Source: Deltaproteobacteria bacterium
Lineage (GTDB): Bacteria; Myxococcota_A; Polyangia; Fen-1088
Direction of reading: 5' to 3'
Assembly: GCA_033763315.1 (NCBI GenBank)
Contig: JANRKS010000002.1
Location: 32,001-96,000, forward strand
DNA length: 64,000 nt
Positions 46,041-54,433 of this stretch are shown here, one piece after another. The translations under genes and the position numbers were made by a program. The notes under the pieces are model-generated. The model saw only the letters and a program-made list of their open reading frames with translations. It did no database searches and was not told the origin of the DNA. The first letter of the stretch is position 1. Each line of letters opens with the position of its first letter.

Positions 46041-48473
46041 ATGGGGAAGCCATTCACATCAACCCTGTACCGAGCCGCAGCGACCGGCGCTTTGGTCATG
46101 GTTTGCACCCCCGCGGTGGCGCAATCCGCGGCGTCACCGGCGGTCTTGGCGAACCACTGTGCGGCCACGCTTGATGTGCACATCATTGAAGCGTTCGACC
46201 ACGAGCCTGTGTCGGCCGCCAACATTACGGTCAACCACACGTTTGCGGGCAGCACCGATGAACACGGCCGCTTGAAAGTGGAGGGACTTTGCGCGGGCAA
46301 GGTGATGGTTGAGGCGGCCCACGATGCGTTCGAGCCAGGCGCCCGTCTCATCACACTTGGGCCTTCAGGTTCCGTTGAGATCGAACTCAAGTTCAAGGTG
46401 GAAGAATACGCCGTTGAGACGAAAGTCACGCGCACGGTCGACATGCGATCCACGGCCACAATCTCCGATGAGGCGCTCGAGCGAAAACGCGGCCAATCAC
46501 TTGCAGAAGCGTTGGCAGATGTCCCGGGCGTAAGCCAGCTGCGCTCAGGAAACGGCCTGGCCAAGCCCATTGTGCGCGGCCAGTTTGGGCGGCGTTTACC
46601 GATCATCGTTGATGGCGTGCGACACCGCGCGCAGGATTGGGGCCTAGACCATGCGCCTGAAATCGATCCGGCGATCGCCGATCGCATCAGCGTCGTGCGC
46701 GGCGCATCGGGTGTGCGCTATGGGCCCGATGCCATCGGTGGCGTTCTGCTTGTGGATCCTCCCGACATGCGCCGCAGCCCCGGTGTCGAAGGGCAAACCC
46801 ACCTCGTCGGGTTCTCCAATGGGTGGGGCGGCGACTTATCGACCCGCGTGCAAGCGGTGCCCGCGTCGCTGCCCGCGCTGACGTTGCAGCTTGAGGGCAG
46901 CCTCAAACGGCAAGCGGCTGCGCGCACGCCGGATTATGCGTTGGACAACACGGGCCAGGAGCAGTGGACGGCGGGTGCCACGCTCGCCTACCGCGCCAGC
47001 GAGGCTGTGTATCAATTGTCATTCCGGCACCTGGCCGCTGAACTTGGCGTCTGCCTTTGTTACCGGATCGATTCGCCCAGTGACTTCATGGCGCAGATCC
47101 AGCGCGGCAAGCCATCTGGTTTTGAGCTTTACCGCGCCGATGCGAACATCGAACGCCCTTATCAAGCGCTGGCACACGATCTGGCCGTGGCGCGCGCCCG
47201 ATGGACGCTGGGCAATGTGGGCACGCTCACTGGCACATATGCGTTTCAATACGATCACCGCCGCGAATACGCCCTTGTCCGCCAGGCCGTTTCGGGATCG
47301 CAATTCGCGTTTCGGTTGTGGACGCACGACATTGATCTGACGCTCGAACACACGCCCGTTCATCTTTCCGATCACCACCATCTGATCGGCTCGATCGGCG
47401 TGGTGGGCATGGCGCAAGTTCACTCTTACGACGGTTTGCCGTTGGTGCCTGATCATAAAGCTGGCAGCGCGGGTGTGTTTGCTGCCGAACGTTTGATCGC
47501 GGACGAGTATGAGCTGGAAGCGGGCGTTCGCTACGATTTCCTCGCGCGCACGGCGGCCTTGGACCGAGATGATTTTTTGCGGCTTGTGCGCAGTGGTCAG
47601 CTTCTCAACGATGCTTGCGGCGGGGTGACGGACGCGACGGCGAAAATAAATTGCTCCTCCACGTTCCACACAGTGTCGGCGTCGCTCGGCGCTCTCCGCC
47701 GTTTCACGACCGAATGGTCGAGCAAACTGGATCTCTCTGTGGCGTCGCGGCCACCCAACCCCGATGAACAATACCTCAACGGCACCGCGCCTTCGTTTCC
47801 CGTGTTCGGCCTCGGGCGACCCAACCTCGGCGCCGAAACGACCTACTCGGCCTCCATAACCGCCACATACAGCTCGGCAAAGCTTGCGGGCGAGGCCTCT
47901 GCCTTTGGCAACTACATCGCCGACTACATTTATTTTGCCCCCGCCATCGGGGCCGACGGTATGCCGATCTTCGACGTGCTCATTCGCGGCGCGTTCCCGC
48001 GCTTCGTCACGCGGCCCGTGGATGCGGTGTTTTATGGTGCCGACGGTGGGCTCACAGCGGTGCCGCTGCCGTGGCTTGAGATTGGGGCGCAGGCGTCCCT
48101 CATCCGCGCGCGGAACGTCACTGATCACTCGTATTTGGTGTTCGTGCCTTCAAACAACGTGCGTTCGTCGATCACAGTGAAACGCGCCCAAGTTTGGGGC
48201 ATGAGCAACGTGATGGCATCGGTGGCCGGCTCATACACCGCTCGTCAATCTCGCTTCGACCTGGCTGCCGACCTGGCGCCACCGCCCGAGGCGTATTTTG
48301 TTTTGGGTGGAACGATTGCGGCCGAAAAACGCGTGGGCAATCAAGTGATCAAGTTTGCTTTGCAAGGCGCGAACGTGCTGGGTCGTCGCTATCGTGAGTA
48401 TACAAGCCTGATGCGCTACTTCGCCGATCAGCCGGGGCGTCAGGTGATGCTGCGGGTGTCATTGTTGTTTTGA
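46041..48473 (+). CDS. TonB-dependent receptor with N-terminal carboxypeptidase-regulatory-like domain
   Basis: Signal peptide from ATG 46041; TDEHG; plug LA..LA.VPGV..L..G....KP.VRG, Q.WG.DHAPEIDP, VVRGA..VRYG.DAIGG; terminal YR.Y....RYFAD.PGR...F. Confidence 0.92.
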   Translation: MGKPFTSTLYRAAATGALVMVCTPAVAQSAASPAVLANHCAATLDVHIIEAFDHEPVSAANITVNHTFAGSTDEHGRLKVEGLCAGKVMVEAAHDAFEPGARLITLGPSGSVEIELKFKVEEYAVETKVTRTVDMRSTATISDEALERKRGQSLAEALADVPGVSQLRSGNGLAKPIVRGQFGRRLPIIVDGVRHRAQDWGLDHAPEIDPAIADRISVVRGASGVRYGPDAIGGVLLVDPPDMRRSPGVEGQTHLVGFSNGWGGDLSTRVQAVPASLPALTLQLEGSLKRQAAARTPDYALDNTGQEQWTAGATLAYRASEAVYQLSFRHLAAELGVCLCYRIDSPSDFMAQIQRGKPSGFELYRADANIERPYQALAHDLAVARARWTLGNVGTLTGTYAFQYDHRREYALVRQAVSGSQFAFRLWTHDIDLTLEHTPVHLSDHHHLIGSIGVVGMAQVHSYDGLPLVPDHKAGSAGVFAAERLIADEYELEAGVRYDFLARTAALDRDDFLRLVRSGQLLNDACGGVTDATAKINCSSTFHTVSASLGALRRFTTEWSSKLDLSVASRPPNPDEQYLNGTAPSFPVFGLGRPNLGAETTYSASITATYSSAKLAGEASAFGNYIADYIYFAPAIGADGMPIFDVLIRGAFPRFVTRPVDAVFYGADGGLTAVPLPWLEIGAQASLIRARNVTDHSYLVFVPSNNVRSSITVKRAQVWGMSNVMASVAGSYTARQSRFDLAADLAPPPEAYFVLGGTIAAEKRVGNQVIKFALQGANVLGRRYREYTSLMRYFADQPGRQVMLRVSLLF

Positions 48474-48499
48474 GAAACCTTAACCAAGTGGAGATTCTT

Positions 48500-49117
48500 A
48501 TGCGCAATTTGGGTCGATACATCAGTGGTCTAGTTTGGTTCTGTGTGGTTGCCATCGTTCCTGGTTGTGGTGGCGACGAGGTCGGCAATATCAATGAGCC
48601 TGAGGTCATCACCACGATCACTTTGACGGCCACACCCACGGGCGGCGGCGCCTCCATCGTGGCTGGTGTTGACGATCCCGACGGCGATGGTGGCAACCCT
48701 CCCATCGTCACGCCCCTGGTGCTTTCTCCTGGCACGTATGACATGACGATCAATCTGCAAAGCAAGCTTTCCACGCCACCGGCGGACATCACTCAAGAAG
48801 TGCGTGACGAGGGCATCACCCATCAGCTTTTCTTTACAGGTCCGGCGGTGAATGGCCCTGCCAGTGCACAGCCTGCGGCACCGCTCGGCCAGGCTTACGC
48901 GGATGCCGACAGCAATGGCCTGCCGGTGGGCCTGGCCAACAAGATCACGGCATCCGCTGGCGCAGGCTTGTTAACCATAACGCTGCGGCATATGCCTGCA
49001 GTGAATGGCGTCGCTGTAAAAACCGCGGCCCTTGCCGAAACCGTGAGAACGATGGGCTTTTCAGGCATCGGCGGCTCCACCGATCTGCAGGTCAACCTGC
49101 CGGTGACAGTGCAGTAG
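48500..49117 (+). CDS. Lipoprotein partner of the TonB receptor
   Basis: GGAG RBS; lipobox VPG-C; EPEVITTI.L, DPDGDGG, DIT.EV..E...HQ.FF, Y.D.D.NG.PVGL, L.I.LRH, G.TD. Confidence 0.75.
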   Translation: MRNLGRYISGLVWFCVVAIVPGCGGDEVGNINEPEVITTITLTATPTGGGASIVAGVDDPDGDGGNPPIVTPLVLSPGTYDMTINLQSKLSTPPADITQEVRDEGITHQLFFTGPAVNGPASAQPAAPLGQAYADADSNGLPVGLANKITASAGAGLLTITLRHMPAVNGVAVKTAALAETVRTMGFSGIGGSTDLQVNLPVTVQ

Positions 49118-49230
49118 CCTCGGCTGCGGCCCGGCTTTGGCAACAACACAGCGCTTCTCTTTCGCGAAGAAAGGCCCAACGACAGCGGGTTTAGTAACGA
49201 TAAGAGCCAACTTTCAGATACCATGCCGTC

Positions 49231-50310
49231 TTGCCTCCTGTAGACCGAGACGACCAAGGCACCGAGCGCGACCAAACCGACGAAAGTCTGCGCGTGGAAC
49301 GCGAACGCGCCGACGACTCACTGATCGAGATCCTGGCGGCTATCGATGAGACAGCGGACGCTGTCATCACGCGGGCCCGTGAGCGCGCGGATCGCGTTGT
49401 GGCCAAGGCGCGCAAAGACAGCGACCGCAAATCGCGTATGCCTTTGCCCGACGCGCATCTGACACGTGAGCGATTGCTTGAGGATGAATCGTTGTTACAT
49501 GAACGCGCCACGGCCGACGAAGCTTTGCGCGTCGAACGCGCTGCTCAAACAGCTCTCGTTGGCCTTGAGCGAGCCGAAACCGATCGAGATCTATCCAGTG
49601 AGAGGGCGCGTTCGGATAAGGCCCTTTCGACACGCGATGAGTTTTTGGGGATTGTGAGCCACGATCTTCGCAATTTGCTCAACGGGGTGGTGGGGTTTGC
49701 ATCGCTGATCGAGCAGGGCATTGCACAAAAGAAGGAAGACGCGACGTTGCTCACATACGCCCAGCGGATACGCCGCTCCGGCGCGCGTATGGATAGGATG
49801 ATTGGCGACCTCGTCGATGTCGCAAGCATCGACGCCGGGGCTCTCGCCGTTACACAAGAGGTTGTGGATCCAACCAGCGTGGTGCAGGAAGCTGTTGAGA
49901 CCTTTGCCGCCCAAGCGTTGGCGCGATCCATCACCGTTCGCGCGGAGATTGAGCTTTCGCAAACGCAGGCCGCGTTCGATCCAGCGCGTGTGTTGCAGGT
50001 GCTCACGAACCTGCTGAGCAACGCGATCAAGTTCACTGGGGCCAACGGCAGCGTGGTGGTGCGCGTTGCCACGGTGGGCGATGAGTTACGGTTTTACGTC
50101 AAAGACACGGGTATTGGCATTCCTGCGTCCCAACTCGCGGTTGTGTTCGAGCGCTATAAACAGATTCACCAGAACGATCGCCGCGGCGTGGGGCTTGGCC
50201 TTTACATTTCGAAATGTATCGTGCAAGGGCACGGGGGCAGGATCTGGGCCGAAAGTGAAGAAGGGCAAGGAAGCACGTTTCACTTCACGCTGCCTGCCTT
50301 CGCGGCTTAG
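49231..50310 (+). CDS. Cytoplasmic histidine kinase with repetitive coiled-coil N-terminus (start uncertain)
   Basis: RDEFLGIVSHDLRN H-box; NLLSNAIKFT, DTGIGI, GLGLYI, HGG.IW.ES..G.GSTF.F.LP; no TM segment. Confidence 0.9.
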   Translation: MPPVDRDDQGTERDQTDESLRVERERADDSLIEILAAIDETADAVITRARERADRVVAKARKDSDRKSRMPLPDAHLTRERLLEDESLLHERATADEALRVERAAQTALVGLERAETDRDLSSERARSDKALSTRDEFLGIVSHDLRNLLNGVVGFASLIEQGIAQKKEDATLLTYAQRIRRSGARMDRMIGDLVDVASIDAGALAVTQEVVDPTSVVQEAVETFAAQALARSITVRAEIELSQTQAAFDPARVLQVLTNLLSNAIKFTGANGSVVVRVATVGDELRFYVKDTGIGIPASQLAVVFERYKQIHQNDRRGVGLGLYISKCIVQGHGGRIWAESEEGQGSTFHFTLPAFAA

Positions 50311-50374
50311 CCAACCTTGAGTTGCAATTTCGCGATAACAGCACTGACGGTTCCAGTAACCGACTTGCGCAATG

Positions 50375-50392
50375 ACTGAACGTGTGTTTAGT
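50375..50392. promoter_or_regulatory. Palindrome ACTGAAC-N4-GTTTAGT inside a sigma70-like promoter, candidate TetR-type operator
   Basis: 6 of 7 arm pairs; lies between TTGCGC (50365) and TAGTAT (50389), upstream of the AAGGAGG RBS of the 50419 gene. Confidence 0.4.
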
Positions 50393-50418
50393 ATGCAGGC
50401 AGCCAAGGAGGCTTCGCC

Positions 50419-50868
50419 ATGTCTGACACCACCAGCCCCATTTCTGAACCGTTGCACGATTTGCTCCGCCTCTTCGCTGAACATCTTGCCGAGGTTCGGT
50501 TCGGCGACATCGACAAAGGCGTTCTTGAGGCGCAGGCCGCGCGCGTGTTGATGGCCGCACAAGCCGCAGAGGAAGCTCAGGCCGCTTTAGACGCGGCACG
50601 CAGCGCTTTGACGGCCGCACAGCAAACACTCTTGGTGACTGGCCAGCGGGCGTTGGCGTATGCGCGTATTTATGCTGAGACGTCACCCGAGCTGCTTGGG
50701 CGCTTGAACGTCGTATCGTTAGGGCCAGGCACCCCCTTGCAGAAAGCGCGCGAGGTGGAAATGAAGGTGGCACGGCGCCGCCCACGCAAGGACGCAGAAG
50801 ATGAAATGCCAGCGCTGCCCGGCACGGTTGGTGAATCGTCGGTTATGGCGGCGACAGCCTCCGCATGA
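50419..50868 (+). CDS. Hypothetical helical protein
   Basis: Strong AAGGAGG RBS; Ala-rich coiled coil, RALAYARIYAE, basic RRRPRK tail. Confidence 0.7.
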   Translation: MSDTTSPISEPLHDLLRLFAEHLAEVRFGDIDKGVLEAQAARVLMAAQAAEEAQAALDAARSALTAAQQTLLVTGQRALAYARIYAETSPELLGRLNVVSLGPGTPLQKAREVEMKVARRRPRKDAEDEMPALPGTVGESSVMAATASA

Positions 50869-50894
50869 CGTTTTTGGCGATTGAGCGTGGCGGC

Positions 50895-50933
50895 TTGACC
50901 CACTCAGCAAACAGCGTATCGTTTTTTGACGAT
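50895..50933 (+). promoter_or_regulatory. Remnant ars promoter/operator
   Basis: TTGACC-N16-TATCGT, and an inverted repeat ATCGT-N6-ACGAT (50918-50933) overlapping the ATG at 50932, as in autoregulated arsR genes. Confidence 0.5.
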
Positions 50934-51147
50934 GTCCGCTCGTGAAGCGTCCACTCGCTGTTGTCCGCCGACGGCGGCGCTGGGCATTCACAGCGGCGCC
51001 GCCTTTGCGGCGGTGATCGGTCCCTTGGTTGAAGTGCCGGCCTTGATCGGGCTCGTGCATGTGGCTTTGTGGGCGGAGCGCCGGCTCTTCCACGCGACGT
51101 CTGCCGAAGCTTCGTCGTCCTTGTCCCACCCCATCACGCAGGAATAA
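50932..51147 (+). pseudogene. acr3: Deletion fusion: probable ArsR N-terminus joined to the C-terminus of an Acr3 arsenite exporter
   Basis: [13 protein letters not shown] (vicinal Cys, ArsR-like start) runs in frame into [28 protein letters not shown], the last helix of Acr3. Confidence 0.75.
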
Positions 51148-51150
51148 ACC

Positions 51151-51255
51151 ATGATCAGGCACGGTGAAAGCATCTTGTTTTTGTGCGTCGCCAACGCGCG
51201 CTTCCGTACGGCGCACGACACCATACGAGGCCTTCTGCAAACGTTGGAAAAGTAG
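51151..51255 (+). pseudogene. arsC: arsC (LMW-PTP-type arsenate reductase) remnant, 34 aa
   Basis: AGGA RBS; my translation is MIRHGESILFLCVAN-ARFRTAHDTIRGLLQTLEK*. The start of the P-loop is fused to the C-terminal FR..D.I helix; CX5R and the core are lost. Confidence 0.75.
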
Positions 51256-51328
51256 CGCCGACGCAGGCGCTGCGCTGCTCCAGCGCCGCTTGACGCTGCC
51301 CGGGCTTGCGGCGTATGACGGCCGTGCC

Positions 51329-52474
51329 ATGAACGAAGACGCTCGAACGTCGCTGGCCGAATTGGCGCGGCTGTTTTTGCGTTTGGGCGCGACTGCGTTT
51401 GGCGGGCCCGCGGCGCATATCGCAATGATGCAGGATGAAGTGGTGAAGCGCCGCAGATGGCTCACGGATCAGCGCTTCTTAGATCTGCTCGGCGCCACAA
51501 ATCTTATCCCCGGGCCCAACTCCACCGAGATGGCAATCCATATCGGGTGGCAGCGGCGACGTTGGTCAGGGTTGTTGGTGGCAGGTGTTTGCTTCATCGT
51601 CCCGGCCATGCTGATCACCGCGGCGGCCGGCTGGGCTTATGTGCGCTTTGGCGCGCGCGTTGAAGCCCAAAGCGTGCTTTACGGCATTAAGCCCGTGGTC
51701 CTTGCTGTGGTGGTCCAAGCGATCTTGGGTTTGGCACCCAAGGCGGCAAAGACGACCACGTGCAAAGTCATTGGTTCGGCCGTTGCTGTGGCCGCGGCCT
51801 TCGGCACAAACGAACTTCTGCTGTTGATCGGGGCCGGGCTCGCGGCGCTGTTTGCGGCTCGCAAAAGCGCGCTGCTTCCAAACACTTTGTCGCCGGCTGT
51901 TCCGGCGCTTGTTCCAGCGGCCGCCGCCGCCGCAGGCGCACCTACGCTGCCGGGTTTGTTCTGGGTGTTCTTCAAAACGGGCTCTGTGCTTTACGGCAGC
52001 GGCTATGTGTTGCTGGCCTTCTTGCGGACGGCATTGGTAGAGCAACGACATTGGCTCACCGACGCACAACTCATTGATGCCGTGGCGGTGGGGCAAGTCA
52101 CGCCAGGCCCGGTGTTCACAACGGCCACCTTCATTGGTTACGTCTTAGGCGGGCCGCACGGCGCGTGGGTTGCCACGCTGGGGATCTTTGCACCTGCCTT
52201 CATCTTTGTGGCCGCAAGTGGTCCTTTGATCCCGCGGCTACGCGCTTCGTCCAGCGCTGGAGCGTTTCTTGATGGCGTAAACGTGGCGTCGCTCGCGCTC
52301 ATGGCTGTGGTCACGGTGCAGTTGGCGGCCGCCGCCCTGGTGGATCTGCCCACGTGCCTTCTTGCGGTGGCCAGCGCCGTGGCGCTTGTCCGTTGGCGGC
52401 TCAACTCTGTGTGGCTCGTGTTGGCGGGTGCGCTGGCCGGCTGGTTGCTTCACGCGGCGGGCTTCGCGCACTAA
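51329..52474 (+). CDS. chrA: Chromate efflux transporter (long-chain CHR)
   Basis: FLRLG.TAFGGPAAHIAMM, PGPNSTEMAIH.G; second half G..L.GSGYVL, GQVTPGPVFTTATFIGY. Confidence 0.95.
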   Translation: MNEDARTSLAELARLFLRLGATAFGGPAAHIAMMQDEVVKRRRWLTDQRFLDLLGATNLIPGPNSTEMAIHIGWQRRRWSGLLVAGVCFIVPAMLITAAAGWAYVRFGARVEAQSVLYGIKPVVLAVVVQAILGLAPKAAKTTTCKVIGSAVAVAAAFGTNELLLLIGAGLAALFAARKSALLPNTLSPAVPALVPAAAAAAGAPTLPGLFWVFFKTGSVLYGSGYVLLAFLRTALVEQRHWLTDAQLIDAVAVGQVTPGPVFTTATFIGYVLGGPHGAWVATLGIFAPAFIFVAASGPLIPRLRASSSAGAFLDGVNVASLALMAVVTVQLAAAALVDLPTCLLAVASAVALVRWRLNSVWLVLAGALAGWLLHAAGFAH

Positions 52475-53415
52475 GCCTTTTTTCGGAACAATCGCCGCAC
52501 TCCCAGCACCAGGGGCACGATCACCGCGCCTGCAATGATGCCCAACGTTGCATTGAACAGCATAGGTGCCACCACGGCGAGCGCCGGACCTATGCCGGCG
52601 ATCGTCTTTACGTGCGCCGCCCACGCGTCGAAGGTGAGCGCGATAAGGGGCACGCCGTGGCTAAGAATGCCACCGCCCACCAAAAACATCGCAACAGTGC
52701 CGGCGAAGGAAAGCGTCTTCATTAGAAGCGGCGCCGTCTTGAGCAACAGCGTTCCAACTTTGCGCTGTACCAACGGCGCGGGCGCTCCGGCCCTCGGCCG
52801 CAGCAGATGCGTGCCCACATCGTCCATCTTCACGATGCCGGCCACCAAGCCATAAACGCCGACCGTCATCAATGCCGCAATACCGGCAAGCACCGCAACA
52901 CGGGTCACCAAAGGCTCGCCCGCCACTGTGCCCAGCGCGATGATGACGATCTCGGCCGACAAAATAAAATCAGTGCGGATGGCGCCCGCAATCTTTTCCT
53001 TTTCGACCGCCAAGACCTCGGCTTCGGAACTGGCTGCCGCCTTCGCCAGGGCCGCTTCGTGTGCCCCTTGTTCGTTCGGGTGCAGCCACTTGTGCACCAG
53101 TTTCTCTACGCCTTCGTAACAAAGGAACGCCCCGCCGAGCATCAACAACGGCGTGACGACCCAGGGGGCAAAAGCGCTGATCGCCAAGGCGCCGGGCACC
53201 AAGATGGCCTTGTTCCAAAGTGATCCTTTGGCAACCTTCCAGACCACCGGCAGCTCACGTTCGGGACGAACGCCCGCCACTTGTTGTGCGTTGAGCGCCA
53301 AATCGTCGCCCAACACACCGGCCGTTTGCTTGGCAGCCACCTTTGTGAGCGTGGCCACATCGTCAAGCACAGACGCAATGTCATCCAGAAGTGTAAATAA
53401 GCTCGCGCCAGGCAT
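52471..53415 (-). CDS. yedI: DUF808 (YedI) family inner-membrane protein
   Basis: LLDDIA..LDDVA, GVLGDDLALNA, RELPVVW.VAKGS..NK, GAIRTDFILSAEI, GIVK.DD.G, AMFLVGGGI. Confidence 0.92.
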   Translation of the reverse strand: MPGASLFTLLDDIASVLDDVATLTKVAAKQTAGVLGDDLALNAQQVAGVRPERELPVVWKVAKGSLWNKAILVPGALAISAFAPWVVTPLLMLGGAFLCYEGVEKLVHKWLHPNEQGAHEAALAKAAASSEAEVLAVEKEKIAGAIRTDFILSAEIVIIALGTVAGEPLVTRVAVLAGIAALMTVGVYGLVAGIVKMDDVGTHLLRPRAGAPAPLVQRKVGTLLLKTAPLLMKTLSFAGTVAMFLVGGGILSHGVPLIALTFDAWAAHVKTIAGIGPALAVVAPMLFNATLGIIAGAVIVPLVLGVRRLFRKKA

Positions 53416-53503
53416 TCGGTATGCGAGTTAGTGTTGCAAGCGGCGCGAGAAAAGCAAACATTAGCCGGCTCAGGCTGCTTTGTTACGAGATCAGGACGAA
53501 TCA

Positions 53504-54421
53504 ATGACGAAATCATGTTGGCGTGTGTTGTGGCTGTTAATGTCGATGCCCTGTGTTCTTTCGTGCGCGCGGGTTCAGGCGGCGCCGAAAGCCGCTGCGG
53601 CGAAGGTTTCCCGTAGTCCCAGCATCCGCCTCATCGTGCGAGGTGATGATCTGGGCGCGTTGCATGGCATCGACGCCGGCGCAGAGAAAGCATTCACCCA
53701 AGGCATCATGACCGTGGCACACGTGATCGTGCCTGGCCCCTGGTTCCCCGAGGCCGTGCGCCTGCTGAACGCTCACCCCGAAGTGGACGTTGGCATCCAC
53801 CTCGCGATCACGAGTGAATGGTCGAACGTGAAGTGGCGCCCCTTGACGCACGCGCCGAGCTTGGTTGACGACGACGGCTTCTTCCGCCCCTTCATTTGGC
53901 CCAACAAGAGCCTGCCTGGCGCCTCACACAAAGAAGCGGGCACGTGGAAGTTAGAAGAGATCGAAGCGGAGTTGCGTGCGCAAATTGAACTTATCAAGAA
54001 GCGCCTGCCGCGTGTGTCCAACGGCGGTTGTCACATGGGCTGCGATTCACTCGATCCCAAGGTGCGTGACCTGATCGTGCGCCTGCTGCGCGAGTATAAG
54101 CTCACGCCTGATCGCACAAACCTCAAGCATCTGCCAATCGAACACCCGAAGGATCGCGCAGGCAACACCTTGACTTGGCAAGAGCGCGAAGCCGCCTTGA
54201 TCAAGGCGTTGGAAACCGTGGGGCCCGGCGATTACGAAATCGGCGAACACCCCGCCACCGACGATCCTGAGATGCGTGCCATTTCGCATCCTGGCTACGA
54301 GAACGTGGCCGAAGACCGGGCGGCTGTGATGGCCGTTTGGACGAGCGCCAAGGTCAAAGAAGTGATCGCCCGCCGAGGCATCGCCTTGATCGGATTCCGT
54401 GATCTTCCCAAACAAAAGTAG
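53504..54421 (+). CDS. Secreted YdjC/ChbG-family carbohydrate deacetylase
   Basis: Signal or lipobox N-terminus; LIVRGDDLG, G.HL.ITSEW, ELRAQIE, HMG, EHP. Confidence 0.85.
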   Translation: MTKSCWRVLWLLMSMPCVLSCARVQAAPKAAAAKVSRSPSIRLIVRGDDLGALHGIDAGAEKAFTQGIMTVAHVIVPGPWFPEAVRLLNAHPEVDVGIHLAITSEWSNVKWRPLTHAPSLVDDDGFFRPFIWPNKSLPGASHKEAGTWKLEEIEAELRAQIELIKKRLPRVSNGGCHMGCDSLDPKVRDLIVRLLREYKLTPDRTNLKHLPIEHPKDRAGNTLTWQEREAALIKALETVGPGDYEIGEHPATDDPEMRAISHPGYENVAEDRAAVMAVWTSAKVKEVIARRGIALIGFRDLPKQK

Positions 54422-54433
54422 TTTGGCGCCTTC

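Noticed and set aside
51164-51328. 55-aa N-terminal extension of ChrA in the ORF track
   Set aside because: It overlaps the arsC remnant in another frame; ChrA similarity starts at ATG 51329.
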